From Candidatus Levyibacteriota bacterium (GTDB taxonomy: Bacteria > Patescibacteriota > Microgenomatia > Levybacterales > UBA12049), in contig PJMG01000001.1 of assembly GCA_003173895.1 (NCBI GenBank), positions 15,576 to 79,575 on the forward strand: 64,000 bases of DNA. The letters run 5' to 3'. A program made the position numbers and the translations under genes. Shown piece by piece: positions 1 to 9,803 of the stretch. Within the stretch, counting starts at the first letter, position 1. The number at the start of each line of letters is the position of its first letter. A model generated the notes under the pieces. It was not told the origin of the DNA and did not search any database. It was given only the letters and a program-made list of their open reading frames with translations.

Positions 1-97
1 TAAAACTAACCACGATTTAGCTTTCGATTAGTATTAGAAAATTAGAGTTAAAGAATTTCTTGATTATCCTATAATCATTAAGTATAATATGTGAATT

Positions 98-808
98 ATG
101 CCAGAAAGAGTATCTGTCCAAACACTTGAAGTTTTGTATCCTTTTATATCCCGTAATCCAGTCCAAATACCACACCAATACGCTTTTACACATAGACTTA
201 TTTCAGATTATGAACACCAATATCCCAAGTTGGGTTGGCGGGACAGTGGTCAGGCTGTCAAGTACACATATAGCCTAAACATGACACCAGAAGATTATAG
301 AGGTAAAAAAGTGCTTGATGCAGGATCTGGTTTGGGAAGATTTAAGCGTGCATTAAAATCAATGGGAGTTGAGGCAGATGTTACGAATTTCGATGATGGA
401 GAAACGTATGGAAGAGGGGAAGATTATGTAGTAGATGTTCAAGGAAAAGTAGAACATATGCCATTTGCAGATAATACATTCGATGTTTCGGTTGTCAGTT
501 GGGTTTTCCCAAATCAGTTCTTAGATGAAACTGTAGATACAAATTTTATGGCAGAACAACTTCGTGAACTAGTTCGGGTTACTAAAAAAGGGGGAGGTAT
601 TATTCGCTATACTCCAGTCAGAATGTTTCAAGTATTGCAAGGACCAGAACAACAAGCCGTGTATGACGAAGCAACAATCAAAGCTTTTGCAGAATTAGAA
701 AAACTTCACAGAGAAAACCCTGGTATGAAAACTCGAATTACTCGTTTAATTGATGATCAAGATAACGGTCAAGATCAATTTGAAGATATACTTGAAATAA
801 CTCTCTAA
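98..808 (+). CDS. class I SAM-dependent methyltransferase
   Basis: Motif I VLDAGSGLG, post-II MPFADNTFDV, ELVRVTKKGG. Confidence 0.85.
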   Translation: MPERVSVQTLEVLYPFISRNPVQIPHQYAFTHRLISDYEHQYPKLGWRDSGQAVKYTYSLNMTPEDYRGKKVLDAGSGLGRFKRALKSMGVEADVTNFDDGETYGRGEDYVVDVQGKVEHMPFADNTFDVSVVSWVFPNQFLDETVDTNFMAEQLRELVRVTKKGGGIIRYTPVRMFQVLQGPEQQAVYDEATIKAFAELEKLHRENPGMKTRITRLIDDQDNGQDQFEDILEITL

Positions 809-999
809 TAAAAATTAGCTCATTAAAGCGACCTAATCGTAATCTGTGGATATATCTGAAAAAAGTTGGAACCAACTTGAAGATTACATTTGGAAGTGGT
901 CTCCGATATTACAAAATAGACAGGAAATAGATTTGGAATCGTATCACAGGTAGGTATTAGAGCCTATTAAAAATTTTCTGCAGTTGTTTTTTAAATATA

Positions 1000-2037
1000 T
1001 TAGTGAATAATACCTATTCTTCTTTCTGCTTTTTCAACAGCAACAATAATTTCTTTAAAGTTATCAGGATGATCACCTGCAGAAAGGATAGTCGGTGCAT
1101 CTTCTCTAAAAATATTTTCAATATATTCGTGTGCTTGTCTTGTACCAGTAAATCTGCTTATTTCAAGTATATCCCTTCCATTTTGAACAATTGTTTGTAC
1201 ATCGTCTGATTGCACTGAAGTATTGGAATACCTACCAATAAGTCTAGCGATCCTCCACATAATGGTTATGTTAAATAGATTGCTTGATGAATATACATAA
1301 GGTTCTAATAACGCATCTGGGATTCCTATTTGCCTCGCTTTAGAAATAATATTATGCAGTTCTCTGCCGTAGTCTGTATCTAGAAACTCGGAAGAACTTA
1401 TATGCTCTAAAGACTCATGACGAAGAGATGTACTTTCTCCAAAAATTTTTTTAGATTTAAACCTATTATACATATCTGCTGTATCCCATACGGACATTCC
1501 ATTTTCAAGTAGATTTCCCTCTCTAGTCATAGTTTTGTAGTAATAGCGATAAAGTCCCCTAATATGATCTCTACCACTCTGTCCCCTGTGGTAATCATGT
1601 ATTAAACCTCTAGAGGCATGGGATAATTCATGCGATGCTGTCATTGCAGTTTCTAAAGGATCATCTGCATCAACTTCGACTACTATTAAACCGTTCCAAA
1701 GCACATACCCACTAGTTTTTGTCCCTGTCTCATCAAATTCAGTAGTATTTACATAAATAGGCTTTAGTTTATCTATCCCTGTTGTTAGTAAACCTAATCT
1801 ATTTAACTTTTCAGTTAAAAAATTTCTTGTTACAATTTCTACTAGTTTTAGTTGCGATTGTAATAATGTGTCTTGATTAAAATCAAAAATAGATAATGTA
1901 GAAAACTTTTCTTGGTAACTATTTGTTCTATCACGTTGGTCATGTCGGGTTTGTCGATGTAATCTTCTTCCACTCTCTGCCTGTCTTGCATAGAATGGCA
2001 TAGTACTTTCAGTTGTATAAGACTCTGTTGTGGACAT
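1000..2037 (-). CDS. hypothetical protein with HExxH zinc-metallopeptidase motif
   Basis: ASHELSH followed by LLENG (candidate third ligand); TTGACA-17-TATATT promoter upstream on minus strand. Confidence 0.5.
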   Translation of the reverse strand: MSTTESYTTESTMPFYARQAESGRRLHRQTRHDQRDRTNSYQEKFSTLSIFDFNQDTLLQSQLKLVEIVTRNFLTEKLNRLGLLTTGIDKLKPIYVNTTEFDETGTKTSGYVLWNGLIVVEVDADDPLETAMTASHELSHASRGLIHDYHRGQSGRDHIRGLYRYYYKTMTREGNLLENGMSVWDTADMYNRFKSKKIFGESTSLRHESLEHISSSEFLDTDYGRELHNIISKARQIGIPDALLEPYVYSSSNLFNITIMWRIARLIGRYSNTSVQSDDVQTIVQNGRDILEISRFTGTRQAHEYIENIFREDAPTILSAGDHPDNFKEIIVAVEKAERRIGIIH

Positions 2038-2113
2038 AGTGTCCTATAATATACAGGCCGTGTTGTAATTTGTCAAATAAGATGTAATAATTTGCTGTTC
2101 AAAAATATATCTG

Positions 2114-2186
2114 TGGACGATGAGGGACTTGAACCCCCGACATCTTCAGTGTAAATGAAGCGCTCTACCAACTGAGCTAATCGTCC
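2114..2186 (-). tRNA. tRNA-Val(TAC)
   Basis: Reverse complement GGACGATTAGCTCAGTTGGTAGAGC...CTTCA-TTTACAC-TGAAG...GGTTCAAGTCC...TCGTCCA folds as a cloverleaf. Confidence 0.96.
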
Positions 2187-2242
2187 AAAAGATGCTATAA
2201 TTGTATAAGATTTTCGGTTTGCACGCAAACCTAAGTGATTTT

Positions 2243-3577
2243 ATGAATAAATTTATTTTTTCTAAAAGAAATTTTAATTTAAAAACTAAAGAATTAAGTT
2301 TCACTTATAAACTCCAAACTAAAAATCAAACTTACGATTTTACAGAAAAATTAACTTTACCAGAGAATTTTGAAATTTTAAATAAAGATGACCAAATTCT
2401 GGACCAACTTTTAAAAAATCTCCATTTAATTTTAGGTATAAGTTATTGGAAATTAACTGCTACTTCAGATTTAGATTTAGGAGATATTAAATTAACTAAA
2501 GAAGAGGCTGATTTCTGGAATACTGTTTGGACTAAAGGTATGGGTGAATTTTTTTATGTAAATAAAATTGACTTTAAAAATTTAATTAACTTTCCCTATG
2601 AAGCTCAAACTTCAACCGTAACCTCTAAACTACAACCTATAACTCAGACTTCGAAAAGTCTCTTATTTTTCTCGGGTGGTAAGGATAGTATAGTTTCAGC
2701 GGAAATATTAAAAGATAAAAAAAATGACTTCACTTGTTTCTCTGTAAATCCAGTTTCATTTGTTTCTAATATACAAAAATTAACTAATACAAACTTTTTA
2801 ATTGTAAAACGTCAAATCGATCCTATGCTCTTGGCTTTAAACTCTAAGCAATTATTTTATAACGGGCATATTCCATTTAATGCTATCTTAGCTTTTATTT
2901 CACTTTTAGTTTCTTATCTTTATGGCTTTAACTTTTTAATTACGTCTAATGAAGAAAGCAGTAATTATCCAAATGTAGAGTATATTGGTGAAAAAATTAA
3001 TCACCAATGGAGTAAATCTTTTGAATTTGAAAAAATGTTTCATGACTATGTTAAAAAACTATTACCAAACATAAATTATTTTTCACTACTTAGAAATTTT
3101 AGCGAGTATGAAATATCAGAAAAATTAACACAATATTCTAAATACCTCCCATATTTTTCTAGCTGTAATCGCAATTTTTTAATCAAACCTACTACTCAAT
3201 ATTTAAAACCTAATCAACTCTGGTGTGGAAATTGTCCTAAATGTCTTTTCACTTTTATCATGCTCTCCGCTTTTTTACCTAGAATAAAAGTTTTAGAAAT
3301 TTTAGGTGAGGATTTATTAAATAAATATGAATTATTACAGATCTTCTGTGAACTTTTAGGAATTGATATAAAACCTTTCGAATGTGTAGGAACACCAGAT
3401 GAAGTCAAATTAGCTTTAAATAAAATTTATGAAAAAAAAGAATTTAATAATTCTATTTTAATGACCTATTTTATAGGTGAAATTTTACCAACCGTAAATG
3501 AGGGAGAATTAGAAAAAAATGTTATTAATAAAAAAGTAGAAAATTTAATACCAGAAGAAATTTATGAAAATAAATGA
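2243..3577 (+). CDS. murL: UDP-MurNAc-L-Ala-L-Glu epimerase (MurL family)
   Basis: PP-loop SGGKDS, NGHIP, NHQWSKS, FSSCN, WCGNCPKC, KPFECVG; overlaps murD; ATG at 2243 preferred over TTG at 2201. Confidence 0.8.
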   Translation: MNKFIFSKRNFNLKTKELSFTYKLQTKNQTYDFTEKLTLPENFEILNKDDQILDQLLKNLHLILGISYWKLTATSDLDLGDIKLTKEEADFWNTVWTKGMGEFFYVNKIDFKNLINFPYEAQTSTVTSKLQPITQTSKSLLFFSGGKDSIVSAEILKDKKNDFTCFSVNPVSFVSNIQKLTNTNFLIVKRQIDPMLLALNSKQLFYNGHIPFNAILAFISLLVSYLYGFNFLITSNEESSNYPNVEYIGEKINHQWSKSFEFEKMFHDYVKKLLPNINYFSLLRNFSEYEISEKLTQYSKYLPYFSSCNRNFLIKPTTQYLKPNQLWCGNCPKCLFTFIMLSAFLPRIKVLEILGEDLLNKYELLQIFCELLGIDIKPFECVGTPDEVKLALNKIYEKKEFNNSILMTYFIGEILPTVNEGELEKNVINKKVENLIPEEIYENK

Positions 3578-4838
3578 TTTAAAAAATAAAAAAATTTTAA
3601 TCTTAGGCTATGGAGTAGAAGGAAAAGAAACAGAAAAATTTCTAAAAAAACACTTAGGAGAAAATTCCGTTATAGAAGTGGCAGACCAAAAATTAGATCC
3701 TACTTATTTAGAAAAACAAAATAATTTTGATATAGTCATTAAATCTCCGGGTATCCATAAATCAAAAGTGAAAATCCCTTATACTACAGCTACTAATATT
3801 TTTTTGGAAAATGCCAAAGGAATTATTATTGGAGTAACTGGAACTAAAGGAAAAAGTACTACTACTAAATTAATTTATGAAATTTTAAAAAACGCATTTG
3901 GTAATCGCGTGCATTTACTCGGTAACATTACACATAAATTAACCTCTTTAGGTAATCCACTTTTATCAGAATTAGAACTAGAAAAAAAAGATCAAATTTA
4001 TGTCTGTGAACTTTCCAGTTTTCAACTAGATGATATTAAAAAAAGTCCGCATATTTCAGTTTTTACTTCTTTTTTTCCAGAGCATATGGATTTTCATGAA
4101 AATCTAGAAAATTATTTCAACGCTAAAGCAAATATTACCAAATTTCAAGATGAAAAAGATTATTTTATTTATAATCCCAAGTTTAAAGAACTACAAAATT
4201 TAGCCAAACAAACAAAAGCTAAATCTGTACCACTAGATAAAAATTATGAAATAAAGAAAACAAATTTATCAGGTGAACATAATTTAGATAATATAAAATT
4301 AGCTATTACAGTAGCTAAAATCTTAAATGTTAACGACGAAATAATTAAAAAAACTATAGCAGATTTTAGACCTTTACCACATCGACTAGAAAAAGTAGGG
4401 GAGTATAGAGGAATAATTTTTTACGATGACGCCATCTCTACTACACCTCAATCAACCATCGCTGCTATTAAAGCATTAAAAAATATTGAAACTATTTTTT
4501 TAGGCGGACAGGATCGAGGATATGATTTTAAAAATTTGGCTAAAACAATTATAGAATATAAAATCCCAAATTTAGTTTTTTTTCCAGAAAGTGGAGAAAA
4601 AATTTTAGAAGCAATTAACGTCTTTGCGAGGAGTGAAAATACGAAGCAATCTTACTCTTATAGACCAAATATCTTATCAACTAAATCTATGCAAACGGCA
4701 GTAAAATTTGCTTATGAAAATACTAAACCAGGTAAAATTGTTCTACTTTCAAATGCATCACCTAGTTATAGTATTTGGAAAAATTTTGAAGAAAAAGCTA
4801 AAGACTTTAGAGAAGAACTCAAAAAACAGATTACTTAA
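3564..4838 (+). CDS. murD: UDP-MurNAc-L-Ala:Glu ligase (probably the L-Glu-adding MurD2 type)
   Basis: KSPGI, GVTGTKGKSTT, ELSSFQL, PHRLE, DDAISTTP, GGQDRG. Confidence 0.9.
   Translation: MKINDLKNKKILILGYGVEGKETEKFLKKHLGENSVIEVADQKLDPTYLEKQNNFDIVIKSPGIHKSKVKIPYTTATNIFLENAKGIIIGVTGTKGKSTTTKLIYEILKNAFGNRVHLLGNITHKLTSLGNPLLSELELEKKDQIYVCELSSFQLDDIKKSPHISVFTSFFPEHMDFHENLENYFNAKANITKFQDEKDYFIYNPKFKELQNLAKQTKAKSVPLDKNYEIKKTNLSGEHNLDNIKLAITVAKILNVNDEIIKKTIADFRPLPHRLEKVGEYRGIIFYDDAISTTPQSTIAAIKALKNIETIFLGGQDRGYDFKNLAKTIIEYKIPNLVFFPESGEKILEAINVFARSENTKQSYSYRPNILSTKSMQTAVKFAYENTKPGKIVLLSNASPSYSIWKNFEEKAKDFREELKKQIT
4620..4652. repeat. palindromic-element-like insertion inside murD
   Basis: GTCTTTGCGAGGAG...ACGAAGCAATCT, 33 nt in frame (VFARSENTKQS). 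Confidence 0.5.
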
Positions 4839-4924
4839 TCTAAAAATTTGTACTTAAACTCCACTTACTAATTTCTTACCAAATTTTGAATGTCTTTTTT
4901 ACTATTTAATTCAAAATAAATCGT

Positions 4925-5149
4925 ATGGGTGAAGGAAATGGGAGAGGTTTTGCAGGAATGCCGCCTGAAAAACAGCGTTTAATTGCAAGTATGGGAGGAC
5001 GAAGAGCACATGAATTAGGTGTTGCACATACATTTACTACTGACGAAGCAAGAAAAGCAGGACGTAAAGGGGGTAAAACTTCTAGAAGGAAATCGATAAC
5101 TACGCAGAATATTTCTTTAGAACTAAATAATTCATTAACAGAACCTTAA
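4925..5149 (+). CDS. KGG-repeat general stress protein (YciG/GsiB-like)
   Basis: RGFAGMPPEKQRLIASMGG...ARKAGRKGG. Confidence 0.85.
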   Translation: MGEGNGRGFAGMPPEKQRLIASMGGRRAHELGVAHTFTTDEARKAGRKGGKTSRRKSITTQNISLELNNSLTEP

Positions 5150-5197
5150 TAATTTACGCCGCTGGACTAGAAGAAAAACTTATGCTAAAAATACTTC

Positions 5198-6082
5198 ATG
5201 TTAAAAGTAGTTGAAATAAACCCACCACATGAAACAAAAATCCATGATAAAATCCCTCTTTATTTAAAATATCCAGACATGCCTGAGCTGCAAATTATTG
5301 ATCCTCCAACTGCTGAACATTTTAGAGAAAAATATTTAGAAGATATAATCAATGCTAAAAAAATCAATGAAATAGAAGGATTTGAAAACTATATTCCTTA
5401 TAAATGGGAGAAATTAAAACAATATTTCCCAAAGAAAGAATATTTTGAGAAAGAAAATCATGCAGATGGAATTCATGGTATAGCGCATGCCATTAGAGTA
5501 GAGTTAAATGTTTTACCACTGGCGTTTTCTGAAGGATTAAATGAAGAAGAAACTAAGCTAGTTCTAGCTGCTGCCAGTTTACATGATAGATCACGTATTT
5601 ACGATACAGTAGATGAGGGGCATGGAGCTAGAGCCGCTAAATGGATAAATGATAATAGAAACTTTTTAATTAATGAAGGGTATAATTTTAGTGAAGAAGA
5701 ATTTGAAACCATAGAAACTTTAGTTACATATCATGAAGTAAATTATTCTAAAATACCTGAGGATGTAAAAAATAGATATGATCAGTATGGAAAAAATAAG
5801 ATTCCTCTTTTATCTGTATTAATGGATGCCGATAAACTCGAAAGATTTCGCTCACCTAATGAAGAATGGTGGCCAAAACCAGAATATTTTCAATTAAAAA
5901 GTACCTCTAAACTTTATGAGTCTCAAACGGCTAAAGCATTATGTCTATATTCTCAGTATTTTCAATTTTCACCACAGTACATGATTAGGAGAATTTTTAG
6001 ACACGAAGAACCGATAATTTCGTCTATCCACAGAAAAGCTAAAGACTTAGGATATATTAATTTCCATGGGGGAAGCACCTAA
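5198..6082 (+). CDS. HD-domain phosphohydrolase
   Basis: HGIAHAIRV, AASLHD, HGARAA, MDADKLER. Confidence 0.8.
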   Translation: MLKVVEINPPHETKIHDKIPLYLKYPDMPELQIIDPPTAEHFREKYLEDIINAKKINEIEGFENYIPYKWEKLKQYFPKKEYFEKENHADGIHGIAHAIRVELNVLPLAFSEGLNEEETKLVLAAASLHDRSRIYDTVDEGHGARAAKWINDNRNFLINEGYNFSEEEFETIETLVTYHEVNYSKIPEDVKNRYDQYGKNKIPLLSVLMDADKLERFRSPNEEWWPKPEYFQLKSTSKLYESQTAKALCLYSQYFQFSPQYMIRRIFRHEEPIISSIHRKAKDLGYINFHGGST

Positions 6083-6889
6083 TTCAGAGACTATTTTCGC
6101 AGCCATTTGAGTTCCTTTTAACATAGCTTGTTCAATATTATTACTCATTTTATATTTGTTCAAAAATGCAGAAATATATGCATCTCCAGCACCTGATGTA
6201 TCTATAACTTGTGACTTTATAATTTTCTGCTGATAGATTTTATTTTTATAAAAAACTAAACTTCCATTTTTACCAAGTAAAATTAAAACTAATTTATTAT
6301 TTTTATTTGCAAAATTTCTTAAAAATTTTATTTCTTTTTTGTTATTAATTTCCAAACTTTTAATGATAATATCTAATCCTAGACCATATTTTTCGATGGC
6401 ATCCAATGCTAAACTATATTCATAAATTCCTGAAAAATCTCCTGATTTTAGAGTTTGAGGTAATTTTAAACTGCAAAAATCGCTAAATATTTTTTCTGTA
6501 GATTTAAATAAAATAGAATGAGCAATTTCTGACGTTTTTAAAAATTCTTTTTCTGATAAACGAAGTTTTCTTTTTTCAATTATTTCTACATTTAAATTAA
6601 AGTATTCTGGATTATTATCACTTAATAAAACATTTATAGTACTAGTTTTTTTAGTATTTTCAACTTTTATAAATTCAATATTTATATTCAATTTTTTACA
6701 ATTTAATAAAAATGTTGCACCAAATTTATCTTTTCCAATAGATGAAATAATATTTGATTTAGCGTCTAATAAAGTAGAGTAGTAAGCAGTATTAAAAGCG
6801 CAACCCCCTAAAAAATATTTCTCTTCATTTATATAATGATCTATACATAAATCCCCAATAGCTGTAAAAATGATATTTTTATTTGACAT
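6047..6889 (-). CDS. PfkB-family carbohydrate kinase (fructoselysine-kinase-like)
   Basis: IGDLCIDHY, GGCAFN, DTSGAGDAY signature. Confidence 0.85.
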   Translation of the reverse strand: MSNKNIIFTAIGDLCIDHYINEEKYFLGGCAFNTAYYSTLLDAKSNIISSIGKDKFGATFLLNCKKLNINIEFIKVENTKKTSTINVLLSDNNPEYFNLNVEIIEKRKLRLSEKEFLKTSEIAHSILFKSTEKIFSDFCSLKLPQTLKSGDFSGIYEYSLALDAIEKYGLGLDIIIKSLEINNKKEIKFLRNFANKNNKLVLILLGKNGSLVFYKNKIYQQKIIKSQVIDTSGAGDAYISAFLNKYKMSNNIEQAMLKGTQMAAKIVSELGASPMEINIS

Positions 6890-6950
6890 TTTATAGTAGA
6901 TTGTAGCAAATTTTATTGAAACGATTTTATAAAAATCTTATAATATAATT

Positions 6951-7493
6951 ATGTCAGAATATTTAACACAAAATTTAATAGTAGGAGAAAATATTTTTAC
7001 TCCAGAAATGATTTACGGACAGGAAATTCCTATAAAATTAGGAAATACCATAGCATACATTTCTGATATAAATGATAGAGTAAGATTACGTACAGAAGAT
7101 AATAATTTCTCCTGTCAAGCAAGCATTGAAGATATTTATGGGGAACATTTCTTAACTTTTGAACTACATAACAATATTCCTTCCGAACGAGAACGTAGGG
7201 GCTTTCCTTCTGAAGAAGATTTCGTTAAGTTTGCGGCAGATATTATTTTGAAAAGAGAACGAATAAGTGGATTGTATGATTTTTGGGTTCAAACAGGTAT
7301 AGATTATAATGAATATATGAAATTAAAAAATCAAGGTTTACCTCCAAAAAATGCTGCTTTAAATACACCATTTGGTAAAAATATAGCACAACTACTTAAC
7401 TTTTCAGAAGTAAAAGAAATTGAAGAGGGAAAAGATGGACATGGAACAATTCCCTTTGTAATAGCTATTTTTACTCAATCTACGTCTGAATAA
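6951..7493 (+). CDS. hypothetical protein
   Basis: 180-aa ORF with TATAAT 6 nt before the ATG. Confidence 0.6.
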   Translation: MSEYLTQNLIVGENIFTPEMIYGQEIPIKLGNTIAYISDINDRVRLRTEDNNFSCQASIEDIYGEHFLTFELHNNIPSERERRGFPSEEDFVKFAADIILKRERISGLYDFWVQTGIDYNEYMKLKNQGLPPKNAALNTPFGKNIAQLLNFSEVKEIEEGKDGHGTIPFVIAIFTQSTSE

Positions 7494-8183
7494 TTATTCT
7501 TTTATTGCGTACTCCAATGCTTTTCTGGCAAGAAGACGAGTAGTATCAATAAAAGGTAATGGAGAATTCTCTTTTGTAATAATTATTGGTAACTCTGTGC
7601 ATCCCAGTATTACACTATCACATCCTCTCTCTTTCAATTTTTGTATAACTCCTAGTACTTTTTTTGTAGTTTCAATTGTAGGATTACCAGGGATAACATT
7701 CTCCCATAAAACTGTATTAACAATTGCTTGTTCTTTTTTTGTAGGTACTACTGGATTAATGGAAACTTTTTTTAGAGGATTTATATATAAATTCCCACTC
7801 ATTGTTTCTTCTATACCTAATACACCTACTTTTTTAAAACCCATCTTTTGGCATTCATTAACTGTTACATTTACAATACTTAAAATTGGTAAAGGAGACA
7901 TCATTTGCGTTTGTTTGATAGCATAATGAGCTGCATTTGAGGGAATGATAATAAAATCTGCACCAATTAAAGCTAGTTTTTTAATTGAATTATTTAAAAC
8001 TATTGCGACACCCTTATAATCTTTTATCTTTTCCTTTTGAGTAATTTTATCGTGAGAAAAAGTATGTAAAGAAATTTCAGGATGAATGTTTTCTCCTAAT
8101 ATTTTTCCTGCTTGAGAAACTATCTCTTTATAACAGAGAGCTGCTCCTTCTGCAGTTACTGCTGCAATACCAATATGTTTCAT
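7494..8183 (-). CDS. Asp/Glu racemase family protein (Ser/Cys catalytic pair)
   Basis: GADFIIIPSNAAHY and ILGCTELP. Confidence 0.85.
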   Translation of the reverse strand: MKHIGIAAVTAEGAALCYKEIVSQAGKILGENIHPEISLHTFSHDKITQKEKIKDYKGVAIVLNNSIKKLALIGADFIIIPSNAAHYAIKQTQMMSPLPILSIVNVTVNECQKMGFKKVGVLGIEETMSGNLYINPLKKVSINPVVPTKKEQAIVNTVLWENVIPGNPTIETTKKVLGVIQKLKERGCDSVILGCTELPIIITKENSPLPFIDTTRLLARKALEYAIKE

Positions 8184-8253
8184 ACGAGAGAGTATAGTAT
8201 ATTTTACTATATATTAGCTAATTTAGAGGGGATAATAAGATTATAGGCTTCAA

Positions 8254-9423
8254 TTATTGATTACTATATTCTACTTTTTTACCATCATTCATACCAGCAA
8301 TTGCTTCATCTATTGCTGTCTGGTTAGTTTTTTCCAAAGCAGCAGGAGCAGGGAAACCAAATGAACCTTCTGCGTGTTTCTTTATAGCACCTCTATGAGC
8401 GCGTAAGAAAAGAGCAAATTTATCACTTGCTTGTTTTGCTAATTCGATAGCTAGTTCTCGTTGATGATGATCTAATGTAGATTCAGCAATTAATTCAGGA
8501 AGAGTTTTAAACTTTCCCTCTCTTACTTGTTCTATTAGGGAATCGGCATCTCTATCATAGGCTTTTTGATTTTCATCTCTTAAGAGTCTATCTTTAAATG
8601 CTTCATTTCCTCCTAGGAAATATCCTGCTAAATATGACCAAGCTGAAAATGCACCTGTTCCATGTCCTATATACTGTCCGTTACCTCCTAGATAAGGATC
8701 TAGTTGATAAAATTGTCCTGGAGTACGTACTCTATTTAAATAAACTACTGCTTCTACTACTGCATCTAAATCTTGTACCACCTCACTAAGTCTATCAAGT
8801 GATAAAATAGCGTAGTCACCTTCAACAATTTCTTTAAAAGTCTTATCAATACCACTTTGGGTTCTATAAAGAAGAATTTCTTGATCACGAGCTGCACTAG
8901 GTTCTAGAAAAGTTCTCGGTTCATCTACAGGATGATATAAAGATATATCTGACCAAGAAAGATTAGGATGTCTATTTTCTTTATCTGCTAGTAACTTTGT
9001 TCTTTTAAGAAGTAGAGAAGCATCTCTTCTAGAAATATATTCAGAATTTGTATTAAATGCACTATCATGTGCAATATCTAATGATCTAATCATCCAAACT
9101 AAATCTAAAATTGCAGCTCTTCTTTCTGTTACTCGATCATCTCTTAAAAGATTCTGGAATACTCCCTCTGGTATTTGTTTCAGCATTTCTTCTGCCTTAT
9201 CAAACAACTGACTGGCTGACATCTCACCATCCCTAACCATTTTATTATGTTTACCTAATTCATTTACTACATACTCACTAACTAACCCTAAAGGTCTAAT
9301 TTGTTCAATAACATTATCTGTATTTTCTATATGATTATTATTTAACAGTGTAACTGGATTAGATTCTGATGCAGGAATATTTGGTTGTTTTAGTTTTAAT
9401 AAACTTTCTCTATTAATGCTCAT
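8254..9423 (-). CDS. putative PrnB/IDO/TDO-superfamily heme protein
   Basis: HPVDEPRTFL...E, PGQFYQLDPYL, GHGTGAFS and FLRAHR (candidate proximal His) follow the PrnB/IDO motif order as recalled. Confidence 0.5.
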   Translation of the reverse strand: MSINRESLLKLKQPNIPASESNPVTLLNNNHIENTDNVIEQIRPLGLVSEYVVNELGKHNKMVRDGEMSASQLFDKAEEMLKQIPEGVFQNLLRDDRVTERRAAILDLVWMIRSLDIAHDSAFNTNSEYISRRDASLLLKRTKLLADKENRHPNLSWSDISLYHPVDEPRTFLEPSAARDQEILLYRTQSGIDKTFKEIVEGDYAILSLDRLSEVVQDLDAVVEAVVYLNRVRTPGQFYQLDPYLGGNGQYIGHGTGAFSAWSYLAGYFLGGNEAFKDRLLRDENQKAYDRDADSLIEQVREGKFKTLPELIAESTLDHHQRELAIELAKQASDKFALFLRAHRGAIKKHAEGSFGFPAPAALEKTNQTAIDEAIAGMNDGKKVEYSNQ

Positions 9424-9512
9424 AATATTAAAATTAGCGAAGATACCAATTTACTTTAAATATATAATAGAGAAATTTATTTTGTCAAGAGTCACGACAA
9501 CAATTATTTGAT

Positions 9513-9776
9513 TTACAATCCAGTATTTTCCCCAGGATAAAATCTATCAAAGTAAGATTTGTCATGACCTGTACGTTCTTTTCCTAAAATATTATCTTCA
9601 TCAGAAATCCATCCCGAACGTAACCACCTTCTTATATTACTAACCCTACGTAAACATTCTGGACAACCACACCCTCTACCATCCTGAAGATTATGCATTT
9701 GACTCTCTATAAGTGTTCTATTTGCCTGAGATTGTAGATCCCCTTGTACAAGAGGAGTTAATTTTTGTTCTGACAT
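9513..9776 (-). CDS. small hypothetical protein with CxCxxC motif
   Basis: GCGCPEC; co-oriented with its neighbours. Confidence 0.5.
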   Translation of the reverse strand: MSEQKLTPLVQGDLQSQANRTLIESQMHNLQDGRGCGCPECLRRVSNIRRWLRSGWISDEDNILGKERTGHDKSYFDRFYPGENTGL

Positions 9777-9803
9777 AGTTCAAATTATTATTTATTAATC
9801 AAT

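Noticed and set aside
846..953. 35-codon GTG-started ORF (VDISEKSWNQLEDYIWKW...)
   Set aside because: No promoter, SD or recognisable homology; may be a gene remnant.
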